Assembly (NCBI GenBank): GCA_951406725.2
Contig: OX597816.1
Coordinates: 160,146,001 to 160,210,000 of the forward strand
Reading direction: 5' to 3'
Length of the DNA: 64,000 nt
Source: Octopus vulgaris
Lineage: Eukaryota
Position numbers and translations under genes: made by a program. Shown here piece by piece: positions 1 to 12,879 of the stretch; position 1 is the first letter of the stretch, and each line of letters begins with the position of its first letter. The notes under the pieces were generated by a model that worked only from the letters and a program-made list of their open reading frames with translations, was not told the origin of the DNA and searched no databases.

Positions 1-282
1 TGAATTAATGTGTAAGTGGCTGAGATAACCGCAGACATGTATACCTGCCTGTTCGCAGGCAGAATCAGCACAGCAAGGTGTGTAACGAGGCTGTGTCATT
101 TAAATTACGGGTACAATCTAACCGACAGTCTCCTATGCATTTCCCGTCCACCCAGTTTCACTGACAAGGAATGGGACAACCAACATCTATAGATAATGAC
201 ATTTGCGCAAGATACCAGACAACGGGGTTCGAACCTGGAACCTAGAGGGTGCGGAGCGAATTTCTTAACCGTTTCGCCATAC
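1..282 (-). mobile_element. Old, diverged SINE remnant (family-A-like head plus a body shared with family C)
   Basis: Reverse complement near 225-282 has a tRNA-like head with B box (ggttcgaacc). The aagtggctgag..cagaca segment recurs at ~52160-52200. Confidence 0.55.
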
Positions 283-295
283 TGAGCTTTCTTTC

Positions 296-358
296 ACACA
301 CACGCGCGCGCGCGCACATACACGCACACACACACACATACACACACACACACACACG

Positions 359-410
<52 letters not shown>
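296..410. repeat. (CA)n microsatellite
   Basis: Seen directly. Confidence 0.95.
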
Positions 411-414
<4 letters not shown>

Positions 415-755
415 CATTCACATAAACACACGCACGTAGTTTATTACAGTGTTGAGATTACTTTGTTGCTACTCAAAGTTCCGCGTTCCATGACGCTTCG
501 CTAAGTATGCGAGAAAAAGCTCTCTCTGTTTCTGTCTTTCCCCTCTCTCTCTTTTACTCTATCTGCCATTAATTAGCAAAGCCTCAGATAACTAACCTCT
601 GTACAAGAACAATAATAAATTCGATGCGCGAGTGCATGTGTGTGTATGACTAAGTATAAGATTAGGGGAACTATATTCGGTTCACTACCAAGAGGATCCA
701 GGTTCGAGTATCGTTAGGGTCAAGCGAAATCATAATTATATATATGTATATACAT

Positions 756-800
<45 letters not shown>

Positions 801-802
801 CA

Positions 803-981
803 TAGGCGTGGCCATGTAGCTTGCTTCCAAACCATATGGTCCCGGGTTCAGTCCCAATGCGTGACACCTTGGGCAAGTGTCTTCTATTATAGCCTCGGTC
901 CGACCAAAACCTTGTGAGTAGATCTGGTAACCTGTTCCACGTCCTCGTGTTGTTGTGTTTTCTCTTTGTTCATGTTTGAAT

Positions 982-1031
<50 letters not shown>

Positions 1032-1247
1032 CGTGTGTGTTTGTGTGTCTCTGTTTGCCTTCCCACTATCGCTTGACAACTGTTGTTGGTGGGTTTACGT
1101 CCGCGTAACCTAGCGGTTCGGCTTAAGAGAGCAATAGAATAAGTACTAGGCTTACAAAGAATATGACCTGGAGTAGATTTGTTTGACTAAAGGCGGTGCT
1201 CCAGCATGGCCGCAGTCAAATGACTGAAACAAGTAAAAGATAAAAGA
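803..1247 (+). mobile_element. SINE family A copy with a Penelope-like fragment (931-986) at its internal microsatellite
   Basis: Head ggttcagtccc..ccttgggcaagtgtcttct and tail gcttgacaac..ggtgctccagcatggccgcagtcaaatgactgaaacaag match the copy at 4758-5217. Confidence 0.85.
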
Positions 1248-1460
1248 ATGTAGCTACATGTACATTGTTGGCGATTTTTTCCCTCCGTCTTTCTTTTCTT
1301 TTGGACTCTCCGCTGCCTCCTGTTTCTGAAGAAGAGTTTTGCTCGAAACATAAAACTAACTTTCTTTCCTTTCCTGAGCGTCTGTTAGTACTTTGCGTGT
1401 ACCACGTCCTCACGTTGTTGTTTTTTCTTATCTTTTTCCTTTGTATTTTTGGGGGTGGGG
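1248..1460 (+). mobile_element. Penelope-like LTR fragment with minimal hammerhead motif (1322-1356), abutting (TA)n
   Basis: gtttCTGAAGAagagttttgctcGAAAcataaaac; homologous to 4211-4380(-), 40833-41013(+) and 931-986. Penelope LTRs are known to carry minimal hammerheads. Confidence 0.6.
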
Positions 1461-1461
1461 G

Positions 1462-1528
<67 letters not shown>

Positions 1529-1794
1529 CGAAATACAAGACAAGAAAAACAACGAACAACTGATGAAAGGTCGTTCTTTATGTTGCTTGTTTTGTTTTCC
1601 ATTTGTGTCTTTCGTTGTTGGAAAGAATAGTTCATGTTCCATGTACTCGTGCTTCGTACTTTTTTGTTGTACACATTTCGGGACGTCCTGTGCTTACATT
1701 GATATATACATATATATACGCATAAGCATAGATATATACGTATAGATGTTGTTATACATACATACATACATACATACATACATACATACATACA

Positions 1795-1828
<34 letters not shown>

Positions 1829-2815
1829 CATACATACATACATACAAGCATATGTAATGATAATAATGGGTGGATGTAAACACATGAACAAAATAAGAAT
1901 AAACAAAAACAACAAAAACAAAAAATAAAATACAAAATACAAATTACATGAACATATAAAATTACAAATTACATGAACATATATAAACAGAAGATACAAA
2001 TATTACAGGCATCCCCCACATACACACACTAAATAAACATAAACGCACATAGAGATATAAGCATGCGCAAATGAAGACATACAATAGAAATACAAAATGG
2101 CTGACGGTTAGTAAGGAGAGACACAAATAAGTAAGAAGAAAACAAAGGACCACTGATGCGGTCACAGGAGTGTGACGAAAGAACTCTGGCCGAAATAAGA
2201 TTAAGATTAATGTAAAAAATAAATAACACTGAAGCAAAGTAACACCAAATATATAGTGCGTGTGTTTTTATTAGCTAAACTGGCAAAATGACCATTCCTA
2301 AATACAACAATATATATAATTCATATTATATATATACATATATATACATACATATATCTACACACACACACACACACATATACATATATATATATATATA
2401 TATATATGTATCATCACCATCATCATTTAACGTCCATTTTCCATACTGACATATTTATTAATAACTCGAAGTGTCGTTTGCTCATCGGGAATAGGCGAAA
2501 GTGTTTCGTTTTTTTGTTCACTCACTCGCGCGCGCGCATGTTTATATTCCCTTCCATATCGGCTACTTCTGATGACCGTAGAGCTATATAATTGGATTGT
2601 TACCTAATACTCTGTTGTATTCTTTACGCGAAACCGATTGGTAAGACCAGCCGTGATGGATACTTAACAATAAAATTCGTATAATATATATATATATATA
2701 GGTTTGATAAGTGTTAACGCACGGTACTCTCTGCCCTTGAGTCGCTCTGTTGCTTCTACTAAATATATATTGTAACCATACTGGAGCAACGCTGTTTTTT
2801 TTTGCTATACTGTTA

Positions 2816-3426
2816 TTACTGAGAGCCTCCTCTAATATGTGGCACTTGATGAAGAATGGAGTTTGATGGAGCTACCCTCATTTGCACCTCTTGCCGTGAG
2901 GTAGGTTCATCTGGGACTCTCGACAGGAAGATGTCCAGCCTTGATTTAAAAACGCTTACATCTACTTTGTGCAGGTTCCTCAGGCTCTTCGGGAGAATAT
3001 TAAAAAGCTGTGGGTCCCCGAAACACAGGCTGTTGCAGTAACTGGTCCTGAAGCGCGATGGCATTGCTTGGATCTTTGGCACTGTGCAGTGTCGACCCAT
3101 TCTGGCATTGTTGTAACTTTCACTGCCAAAATTTGGCACAATTCCTTCCAGGATCTTCCAGATATATATTACTGCATACCTCTCCCACCTTCGCTCCAGG
3201 GAGTAGAGTCTTAGCTGTTTCAGCCTTTACCAATAAATAGCTGAGCTGTTGCAAAGAGACGATCTTCTTCGTGAAGTTTCACTAGATTGCTTCAAGGTCC
3301 GCTGTTAATTTTACACTGTTGGGTAACCATAGATGGGGGCAGTAATCCAGGCGGCTGAGGATGAGTGTCCTCCAGAGGGTAATCATGGTTTCCTTATCTC
3401 TGGTTCTGAATGTTCTCAGGATCCAT
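2816..3426 (-). mobile_element. 5'-truncated CR1-group (CR1/L2/Crack-like) LINE, ORF2 C-terminal fragment
   Basis: Translations WILRTFRTRDKETMITLWRTLILSRLDYCPHLW and QLFNILPKSLRN..VFKSRLDIFLSRVPDEP are typical of the post-RT C-terminus of CR1-group LINEs; stops and frameshifts present. Confidence 0.85.
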
Positions 3427-3431
3427 ATATA

Positions 3432-3893
3432 GGCGCAGGAGTGGTTGAGTGGTAAGAAGCTTGCTTCCCAATGACATGGTTCCGGATTCAGTCCCACTGA
3501 GTGGCATCTTGGGCAAGTGTCTTCTCCTATAGCTTCGGGCTGACCAAAGCCTTGTGAGTGGATTTGGTAGACGGAAACTGAAAGAAGCCTGTCGTATATA
3601 TATATACATGTATGTATATATATATATATGTGTGTGTGTGTGAGTGTGTGTGTGTGTGTGTGTATGTATGTACATATGCATGTATTTGTTATATGTGTCT
3701 GTGTTAGTTCCCCTCCACCATCACTTGACAACCGATGTTGGTGTGTTTATGTCCCAATAACAAAGCGGTTCGGCAAAAAGAGACCAATAGAATAAGTACT
3801 AGGCTTACAAAGAATAAGTCCTAGGGTCGATTTGTTCGACAAAAGGTGGTACTCCAGCATCGCCGCAGTCAAATGACTGAAAGAAGCAAAAGA
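3432..3893 (+). mobile_element. SINE family A, full length
   Basis: tRNA-like head, CORE-like ccttgggcaagt segment, internal (TA)n(TG)n, conserved tail. Confidence 0.9.
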
Positions 3894-4156
3894 ATATATA
3901 TATATTCTACTAAATATATATATATATAATGATTTTTGCCCATATGTCTTAAGGATTGTGTGTATTGTTCTATCTTCGGAAGGCATATAAGCCTGTAAAT
4001 GTAGGCATGTTGCCGAGTGAAAATTTCCTCACCGCCGAATATACTCATTGGTGTTACGTGATTGTCCTTCGTAAGGATTCTAATTCTGGCAAGGGCAATA
4101 CTTCTATAAGAGTTCCTAGGACATGGATATATTTTTGTTGCACATACGCACGTAAT

Positions 4157-4194
<38 letters not shown>

Positions 4195-4210
4195 CTCTCT
4201 ATATACATAA

Positions 4211-4380
4211 AGTTAATCCAAACATGAAAACACAAAGACAAAACACAACAACGCGAGGACGTGGAATAAGTATAGTATTATAGGACGCTCAGGAAAGGAA
4301 AGAAAGGAGGATTTAACGTTTCGAGCGTAGCTCTTCGTCAGAAACATAGGAAAAGGAAAGGTCCAAGGAAGGGAAGACGC
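4211..4380 (-). mobile_element. Penelope-like LTR fragment with the best-preserved minimal hammerhead motif (4311-4345)
   Basis: Reverse complement gtttCTGACGAagagctacgctcGAAACGTtaaat has an intact CUGANGA/GAAA core, a GAGC/GCUC stem II and a palindromic ACGU stem III. Confidence 0.65.
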
Positions 4381-4745
4381 GTGACTTGCTTCCCAACCAC
4401 ATGGTTCCGGGTTCAGCCCCACTGCGTGGTACCTTAGGCGTATATCTTCTGCCATAGCTTCGGGTGAATTAAAGCCTTCTGAGTGGATATGGTAGACAGT
4501 AACTGAAAGAAGTCTGTAATGTACACACACACACACACATGTATGTGTGTGTTCCCCTCACCGCTTGACAAACAGTGCTGGTGTGTTTACAGCCCCCGTA
4601 ACTTAGCAATTCAGCAAATAGACCGACAGAATAAGCATCATGCTTTAAAAAATATTAAGTACTGTGGTCGATTCATATGCCTAAATTCTTCAAGGCGATG
4701 CCCAAACATGCCTGCAGTGTTTGGAGTGAAACAAATAAAAGATAA
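4380..4745 (+). mobile_element. SINE family A, older diverged copy
   Basis: Recognisable head and tail with many substitutions. Confidence 0.8.
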
Positions 4746-4757
4746 TATATATATATA

Positions 4758-4922
4758 GGCGCAGGAGTGGCTGTGTGGTAAGTAGCTTGCTAACCAACCA
4801 CATGGTTCCGGGTTCAGTCCCACTGCGTGGCACCTTGGGCAAGTGTCTTCTGCTATAGCCCCGAGCCGACCAATGCCTTGTGAGTGGATTTGGTAGACGG
4901 AAACTGAAAGTAGCCTGTCGTA

Positions 4923-4984
<62 letters not shown>

Positions 4985-5215
4985 TATATATGTGTGTGTG
5001 TGTGTTTGTGTGTCTGTGTTTGTCCCCTAGCATTACTTGACAACCGATGCTGGTGTGTTTATGTCCCCGTTACTTAGCGGTTCGGCAGAAGAGACCGATA
5101 TAATAAGTACTGGGCTTACAAAAGAATAAGTCCTGGGGTCGAGTTGCTCGATTAAAGGCGGTGCTCCAGCATGGCCGCAGTCAAATGACTGAAACAAGTA
5201 AACGAGAGTAAAAGA

Positions 5216-5217
<2 letters not shown>
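4758..5217 (+). mobile_element. SINE family A, near-consensus full-length copy (tRNA head, CORE-like domain, microsatellite, tail)
   Basis: ggcgcaggagtggctgtgtggtaag (A box), gggttcagtccc (B box), caccttgggcaagtgtctt, (TA)n(TG)n, tail ending in gagtaaaagagta repeats; about 20 homologous pieces in the window. Confidence 0.92.
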
Positions 5218-5263
<46 letters not shown>

Positions 5264-5324
5264 ATATTCTCTTATATGTTTCAGTCCAATGACTGTGGCC
5301 ATGCTGGAGCACCACCATTAAATA

Positions 5325-5563
5325 AATGCGCCCTTTTAAAGCCTAGACAGGCTCATGGGCCCGGTTTCCCGGTTTCTATGGCGTATGTGTTCCCCAGCTG
5401 GACGGGACTCCAGTCCATCGCAGCGTTACTCATTTTTGCCAGCTGAGTGGACTGGAGCAACGTGAAATGAAGTTTTTTGCTCAAGAACACAACGCGTCGC
5501 CCGGTCCAGGAATCGAAACCACAATCTTACGATCATGATGCTGACATCTTAACCACTAAGCCA
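5325..5563 (-). mobile_element. SINE family D (tRNA head, CORE domain, V-like tail; resembles octopus OR-type CORE-SINEs), nested in a minus-strand family-A tail
   Basis: Reverse complement tggcttagtggttaag..ggtttcgattcc..gttgtgttcttgagcaa..ctgcgatggactggagtcccgtccag..gaaaccgggaaaccgggcccatgagcc; family-A tail pieces at 5265-5320 and 5565-5690. Confidence 0.8.
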
Positions 5564-5883
5564 TATATGCGGCCATGCTAGACACAACCTTAAAATTTTT
5601 TAGTCAAACAAATCGACGCCAAGCCTGGTAACTTTCGAACTGTTAATTTACGGAGACGTAAACAAACCAACACTGGTTGTCAAGTGGGACACGCGCGCGC
5701 ACGATTAAACATCGCAGTAGCAATGATTTTGCGTGTGGGCTTTTTGTTTTTGTTCAGCAGACGAGCTGGATTCGTTAAATTTGACAGGAAACCGAAAATG
5801 TTTTTATTTTTGTTTTAAATCCTTTGGCTTTTACCGCTGAACACGAGAGGAGATAGAGGGAAACTTCAAAAAGTGTTGTGATT

Positions 5884-5887
<4 letters not shown>

Positions 5888-5972
<85 letters not shown>

Positions 5973-6650
5973 AGAGAGGGAAGAATGAGAGAAAGTAGAT
6001 GAGATAGTAGGAAAGTAGAGAGAGGGAGAAAGAGAGAGGGAGAGAGAGAAAAAGAATGAGAGAAAGTAGATGAGACAGTAGAAAGTAGAGAAAGAGAGAG
6101 GGAGAGAGAGAAAAAGAATGAGAGAAAGTAGATGAGACAGTAGGAAAGTAGAGAGAGAGAGAAAGGGAGTGAAGAATGAGAGAAAGTAGATGAGACAGTA
6201 GGAAAGTAGAGAGAGAGAGAAAGAGAGAAGAATGAGAGAAAGTAGATGAGACAGTAGGAAAGTAGAGAGAGAGAGAAAGAGAGAGAAGAATGAGAGAAAG
6301 TAGATGAGACAGTAGGAAAGTAGAGAGAGAGAGAAAGAGAGAGAAGAATGAGAGAAAGTAGATGAGACAGTAGGAAAGTAGAGAGAGAGAGAAAGAGAGA
6401 GAAGAATGAGAGAAAGTAGATGAGACAGTAGGAAAGTAGAGAGAGAGAAAAAGAGAGAGGGAGGGAAAGAGAGAAGAATGAGAGAAAGTAGATGAGACAG
6501 TAGGAAAGTAGAGAGAGAGAAAAAGAGAGAGGGAGGGAAAGAGAAGAATGAGAGAAAGTAGATGAGACAGTAGGAAAGTAGAGAGAGAGAGAAAGAGAGA
6601 GAAGAATGAGAGAAAGTAGATGAGACAGTAGGAAAGTAAGGAGAGAGTGG
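5888..6650. repeat. (GA)n run followed by a ~56-72 bp purine-rich minisatellite (~11 units)
   Basis: Core gaatgagagaaagtagatgagacagtaggaaagtag recurs ~11 times with variable (GA) spacers. Confidence 0.95.
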
Positions 6651-7954
6651 GAGACAGAGAGAAAGAGAGAGAGTGTGTGTATGTGTGTGCGCGCACGCGT
6701 CCGCATGCGGTTGTGTTTTTGTGTGTGTATGCTTTAGCAAAAGTTGTCACCCTTTACTTAGTAAATTTAGTCTTGGAGGAAATATACTACTACTACTACT
6801 GCTGTTGTCAGCCACCATCACCACCGCCGCCGCCACTGCAATATTCCCACTACAACTATTACTAAGACGACTACCACTATCTCCAATTATCTTATTCTTC
6901 ACTGATTTACAATTACAACATATGCAATATAGAAAGAGGCCTGCTGAGTTTACACATACAAAGTAACAGATTCACAGTAAAATGTTAGGCTAGCCTCGAG
7001 TTGCGAACCCCTAATTCAACTAAAACCCCCTTCTTCCCTGTCATCCCGTCCAGCCACTATCGTAGAGTCGTGTGTTAACAAATCAGGAAGGGCACCTGTT
7101 TATAGGATTCCCTTCTTCATTTATCAACTCTTTTACTTCTGACCTGTCTCAGTTGACTTTTTCTCGTAGTCCTTCCATTCATTCGCGCTTTGTTGCTTCT
7201 CCCGTCTGTTTCTCTACCCCTTCCCTGCTCTGTCTATCATCGTCCTTCCTATCATATTTGTTGAAAGAAAATGAGTAAAAGAGAGAGAGAGAGAGAGAGT
7301 GTGTGCGAAAAAGTGTGTGTGTGATGAGATAATATGCAACAAAATACGAAGAATTTAGTAGAAATACTACACTGTCGTAATACAGACACTCTTTGCTGAA
7401 TTTTCTATTCATTAATGACAATTAATGTGTGTCACACTGGAATATACCGTTTCTTCAGCTTTGGGAATTATAAATATATAAAACTATTAAAAAAGAGGTA
7501 AGTGTAATGTTTATATTTTAAAATTCTGTTTGTTTCACATTTTACGTTCGTACACTTATCGTATTGTCTCTTCGGTCGTTATTTTGAAATCAATCACAAA
7601 ATATAGCAAATAATAGATATTCATTCGTCGTCTGTCGTGTCTCTATATTTGTAAAGGAAAGGTATGAACTTCTTCAACGCAATATTTCCTTTTTTCTTTT
7701 ATAACTTCGGCAGCTTTGGGGCTTACGTGAAGAACGTTGCTTCAGAGAAGCATGAACCCTTTAAACTCTCAAATTTATTTTCTTATAGATAAAATTGGTA
7801 AATTTTCCCGGTTTCATTTATATAATCTTTAATAACAATGACATAATTACAACTCCGTCACACGCTACTAAACTTAAGCGGGAAGTGATATTAATTGGAT
7901 ATAATTAACGTTTAAAGATTACAATTATCTTGTCGTCTTTTTATTTTATTAGTT

Positions 7955-8880
7955 TAATTCCTGCCGAAGTCGACTTCGGCTTTCATCCTTGTTGGGTCGA
8001 TAAAGTAAGTACCAACTTAAATTAGAACCGATATCATTAATTGTACATTCTGAGTTCAAATTCTGCTGAGGTCAACTTTGCCTTTCATCCTTTCGGGGTC
8101 GATTAAATAAGTACCAGTTAATCACTAGGGTTTGATGTAATCGACTTTAATCCCCTTGTCTGTCCTTGTTTGTCCCCTCTATGTTTAGCCCCCTGTGGGC
8201 AGTAAAGAAATAGATATTAATTGTACCCCGCTCTGATAAGTTGTAGATAGTGGTCAACTTTACTTTTTAACCTTCCGAAATCGATAAAATAGAAACCAGC
8301 ATGATCTCTTGCTGTCAATATTTTCTTTTTACCCAAATTTGTAGCCTTGTGCTTGAGCATTAAAAAAAATGCTATTTAATATTTTGTTCCAGTTCTTAAA
8401 GTTCTGAGTTCAAATTCCTCCGAAGTCAACTTTGTCTCTCATCCTAGGACCGGTTAAGTATCGGAGTCGATGGTATTGACTAATCCTACTCCCTAAAACT
8501 TCAGGCTTTCTGTCTATATTAGAAATGGTTATTATCGTTGTTGTTGTTGTTATTATTAGGCGTGCTGGTAGAATTGTTAGCCCGCGGGACAAAATGCTTA
8601 TAAGCATTTCGTCTGTCTTTACGTTCTGAGTTCAAATTCCGCCGAGGTCGACTTTACCTTCCATCCTTTCAGGATGGAACATTAAGGTCGATGTAATGGA
8701 CTTACTCCCTCCCCTAGAATTGCTGGCCCTGTGCATAAATTTGAAACATTATTTCGCCGGAGGCATCCACCGTGCCTTTCATCTTTCCGTAGAATAAAGT
8801 ATGTGGCTACTTACTAGTTTTAGCTGCTCATAGCCCCTCACCCCCAACCAAATTGTAGCCTTATACCTAGTTGAGAAATC
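7955..8880 (+). mobile_element. Cluster of SINE family B copies and fragments (tRNA-like head, Meta-domain-like body)
   Basis: Repeated gagttcaaattc..gaggtcgactttgcctttcatcctttcggggtcga..aagtaccag; clearest copies 8047-8212 and 8558-8750. The body resembles the MetaSINE domain (recalled, not aligned). Confidence 0.85.
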
Positions 8881-11445
8881 ATCACCATCATCATTAGTCG
8901 CTCTGCAAATATAAAAGAAAACATTACCATTATCATTACTGTTTCTAATCATTTCTCCCTGCCTTGCCCTCATCTTTTTATACAAACCTCCCACACAAAT
9001 TGTAAACTGTCTTTTTAATGTCCTTCTCATCTGTTGTTTCTGTGGCAAATGAAAGAAATTATCATTATTGTTATTATTATCATCCATAACGTCCCAACTT
9101 CCCGTTTCCGTTCCCCCTACTAAACACATACATGCTGTTGTTTCTGTAAAGAAAATCTCTAACACAACTACTAAACTGCTACAATCAGCTTGACTGTTTT
9201 CCATCGTCCCAAGCCAAATCATGCATTGCACAAACTACAACCAACATGTGTGCATATAGGTTAGTTCATAAGAAATACTGACTGGTGTGACCGAATAGTA
9301 GCGGTGATATGTTCCTCTAAACATGCTTTGTAAGAGCTAAGGAGATAGGACAGATAATAAGTGAAGCATGGTGAGAAGCTGGATCTTGTTATCTTTTTCT
9401 CGGTACTAATGACCTTTTTTTTTTCATCTGCTTCCTTAGTCGTCTTTTCTTATCATCAGAATGAAGGCACTGACATATTGTAGGACAAATTTCTTAAGCA
9501 CGTTTTGTTACATAGATATACACATACTACAGGCAAACGTAAACGTACACTATATATATACACATACATCTACAAGTAGATGTTTGAGCATATAAAACAT
9601 CTTTATTTACAAAAGCATAAATAAAATGCATATCCATGCGCTCATATATTTACATACATAAACACACACGCATATATGTGTGTGTATTTGAATCTATACA
9701 TATTGTAAACAGTTATTTATACAAGGAGATACTGTAAGCACTTAGCAGACACACACACACATGTATCGGGTGTGGGAGGGTAATTGTGATTTTGAAATGC
9801 TGTCTTCCTGGCAAAATCGGTATCTCCGTCGTTGAAAACAGAATTCCGGGTAAAAAAACTAACGAAAAGAGGGGTGGGGACGTATTCGACACGTCCATTA
9901 TACATACATACTTACATACACACGTGTGTGTGCGTATCTGATAAGTACCAACACACGAAACTCTTGGCCTTTAAATCACTGTAACTTCTACCGATTATTA
10001 ATTTTAAAAAAACCGTATATATACTCATATTTTGAGTTCTGTAATTCGTTTGTATCACCAAACATGTATGCGTACGCCCGAACACTGGTTGTGTGCATAT
10101 ACACTTTTCCAGATATTTATACATTACTGCATATGCTTTATACGCACTTTTGACAAGTTGTAGTGCACCTGAGCACTGTATACAATAATTTCATTATTAT
10201 TTATTACACATACGTACACGTTTAAGGTTACATGTGCTCACTTCCAGTTTGCTAAACTATAAACAAATGAAGTCAATTTATGTGAATGGGCATTTGTGAC
10301 AAACGGAACCGTGCAATGATCGAGTAGCCGTGTGAATCCCAGCTTTTATTCAAACAGTGTACCCAGGCTACATTATCCATATTTCAGACAGTAGGGGAGG
10401 GATTTTGAGGGAGATTAGTTTATTATTTTCGTAAGACGAACGACCACATAACTGACTCGGCAAAGGCTCGCGTGTACTCTGTGGAGGAGTTTACAGAAAA
10501 GACAAACGAGAAGAACTTGTTTATTTTGGTGCCACGAAAGTAATTAACAGAGCATATAGTTTACTAAACGCAGCTTCTCTAGCCGAGGTTTTTAACCAGC
10601 CGTATCGGCGATCAAGTTTCAATTCCCGGGAGAAAAACCATTTTTTAATTTCACTTCATTTCTTATTTGCTAAGCAAAGAATGAACGTAGCTATATCAGT
10701 TATTTCATGCTCTGAATTAAATACGGTGATTACATCTACTTCTTGTTTCCCGGTGCTGTTAATTGCAATTAAGTCAGGTAGAAAATTCAGGTACTTTCAT
10801 TCATTCAATATTTGTGTGTGATGATGAGTAAATCTGACACATGACTAAAGGCGGCGGTAAAGCGAGGGTGGGAACACAGGGGTAATTGCCCAGGGCACAA
10901 AATTCTTAGGGTGCAAGCTTTCTAAAGGAGAAAACATAATAAAATTTTATAAAATATCACGCTCTCCCATAAATATTTGTCTTGCCCCGGGGTCTGACAA
11001 CTCTGGCTTCGCCGCTGGTTTCCCTTCACCGACTTAGCGTTTGGATTGAAATCAATACCATAGTTTGGGTAAACGACTTCATTTAACGTGACGTCAAATA
11101 TACGCACCTCTAACAAAGCGTAAATTACCATCATAACATCTCATGCGTATGAAACTGAGAATATGTATATATGCGTTGCGTGTTTATGAATGTGTGTGTG
11201 TATCATTTAATAAACATAGTATATATTTTTATGAGCTACTAGTAGTTTTATGTGACGAAAACATATCAGACAGCATTTTTTCACGCGCCTGGTGCCTTCA
11301 CGCAATCCTCAGTCTCCAGACGTGTTACAAATGAAGTTTGAGATGCTCTCAGCACATGAAAAGCTCATAAAAATATATACTGTATTTATTAAATATTTAT
11401 CTCTTACCAGATGGAGTACTTTTTCGTTGCTCACGGAAAAGTATG

Positions 11446-11508
<63 letters not shown>

Positions 11509-11559
11509 CACACACACAAAATGGGACAAGACCGCAAAACATCCTGACAGTTAGGTGAT

Positions 11560-11862
11560 ACAAGAAAGGGACAACAAAACATTCAGATAGATGATACACA
11601 GAAAACAAGGACGGGTCATTCGAAGTTTTCTTTCCTCGGTCAAGTACCAGATTATCTTTGCAATTTCAGCTGGTTAGACTCGAGATAGGGCAAATCTGGC
11701 CAGCCCCAAGGTAAAACTAAGCTAAGAGCATTAGATCCCTTGCAAGAAAGCAGTGAATGTATACGAAAACAAGGACGGAAAAAATGGAGAAAGTTACGCA
11801 AATACAAATAACTGGTCATTACAACAGGTGTCTTTTGACTTAGGACGAATTAAATTAAGCTG
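11560..11862 (-). mobile_element. Unclassified interspersed repeat (homologous to 28095-28310 and 37165-37340)
   Basis: Shared segments gcttagtttt..ccttggggctggc..cagc.gaaattgc and cttcgaatg.cccgtcc; each copy abuts a microsatellite. Confidence 0.65.
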
Positions 11863-11929
11863 GCGTGTGTATATGTGTATCTATCTATGTATGTATGCAT
11901 GTTTGTTTCTCTGTATGTATCTGTGTGCG

Positions 11930-11969
<40 letters not shown>

Positions 11970-11975
<6 letters not shown>

Positions 11976-12440
11976 TTTATATTATATATATATTATTTAT
12001 ACTATATATATATATGCATATATATATTATTTATACTATATATATATATGCATATATATATTATTTATACTATATATATATATATGCATATATATATTAT
12101 TTATACTATATGTATATATATGCATATATATATTATTTATACTATATGTATATATATGCATATATATATTATTTATACTATATGTATATATATGCATATA
12201 TATATTATTTATACTATATGTATATATATGCATATATATATTATTTATACTATATGTATATATATGCATATATATATTATTTATACTATATGTATATATA
12301 TGCATATATATATTATTTATACTATATGTATATATATGCATATATATATTATTTATACTATATGTATATATATGCATATATATATTATTTATATTATATG
12401 TATATATAAGCATATATATATTATTTATATTATATATATA
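11970..12440. repeat. 36-bp AT-rich minisatellite (~13 units)
   Basis: Unit tgcatatatatattatttatactatatgtatatata; period 36 (e.g. 12121, 12157 ... 12301). Confidence 0.95.
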
Positions 12441-12780
12441 AATTAGAGAAAAACCACTATTATGTAATTCAAACAATGATAGATATATAGAAAAAATAAA
12501 ATATATGATAAAACATTTATCTAGATCACAATAAAGTACATAATCATAAAGTACATAATAATAAACTAATTATATACTGTTTATTATTATGTACTTTATT
12601 GTGATCTAGATAAATGTTTTATCATATATTTTATTTTTTCTATATGGAGTGATTTACATCTATCATTGTTTGAATTACAGGTTTTTTTCTAATTTATATA
12701 TATATATATTTGCATATATTGTGAAATTTGATTTAATGCTAAATTGAATTTTTGGATTTATACTCCCTAATATTATTAGT
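12441..12780. mobile_element. ~254-bp palindrome (arms 12441-12566 and 12579-12694) plus adjacent piece; probable inverted Penelope-like LTRs
   Basis: Arms are reverse complements with small indels; 12720-12780 resembles the reverse complement of 27430-27515; embedded in (TA)n. Confidence 0.6.
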
Positions 12781-12879
12781 ATTATATATGTATATATATA
12801 TATTTATATTATACATATATATGCATATATATATATATATATATTATTTATATTATATTATATATATATATATATATAT

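Noticed and set aside
1525-1600. CTGATGA within a hairpin, suggesting another hammerhead
   Set aside because: No correctly placed stem II and GAAA.
3394-5302. Recurrent peptides such as DTCPRCHAVGLNPEPCG and SFDCGHAGAPP that look like a gene family
   Set aside because: Antisense translations of SINE A.
5775-6750. Three overlapping 290-320 aa ORFs rich in Leu/Ser/Phe
   Set aside because: Open in all three minus frames because the CT-rich minisatellite lacks stops; no domain content.
11970-12440. Regular 36-bp period reminiscent of a CRISPR array
   Set aside because: No unique spacers, no cas genes, eukaryotic context.
11865-12476. ORFs with 12-aa repeats (YMHIYIIYTICI)
   Set aside because: Translation of the 36-bp minisatellite.
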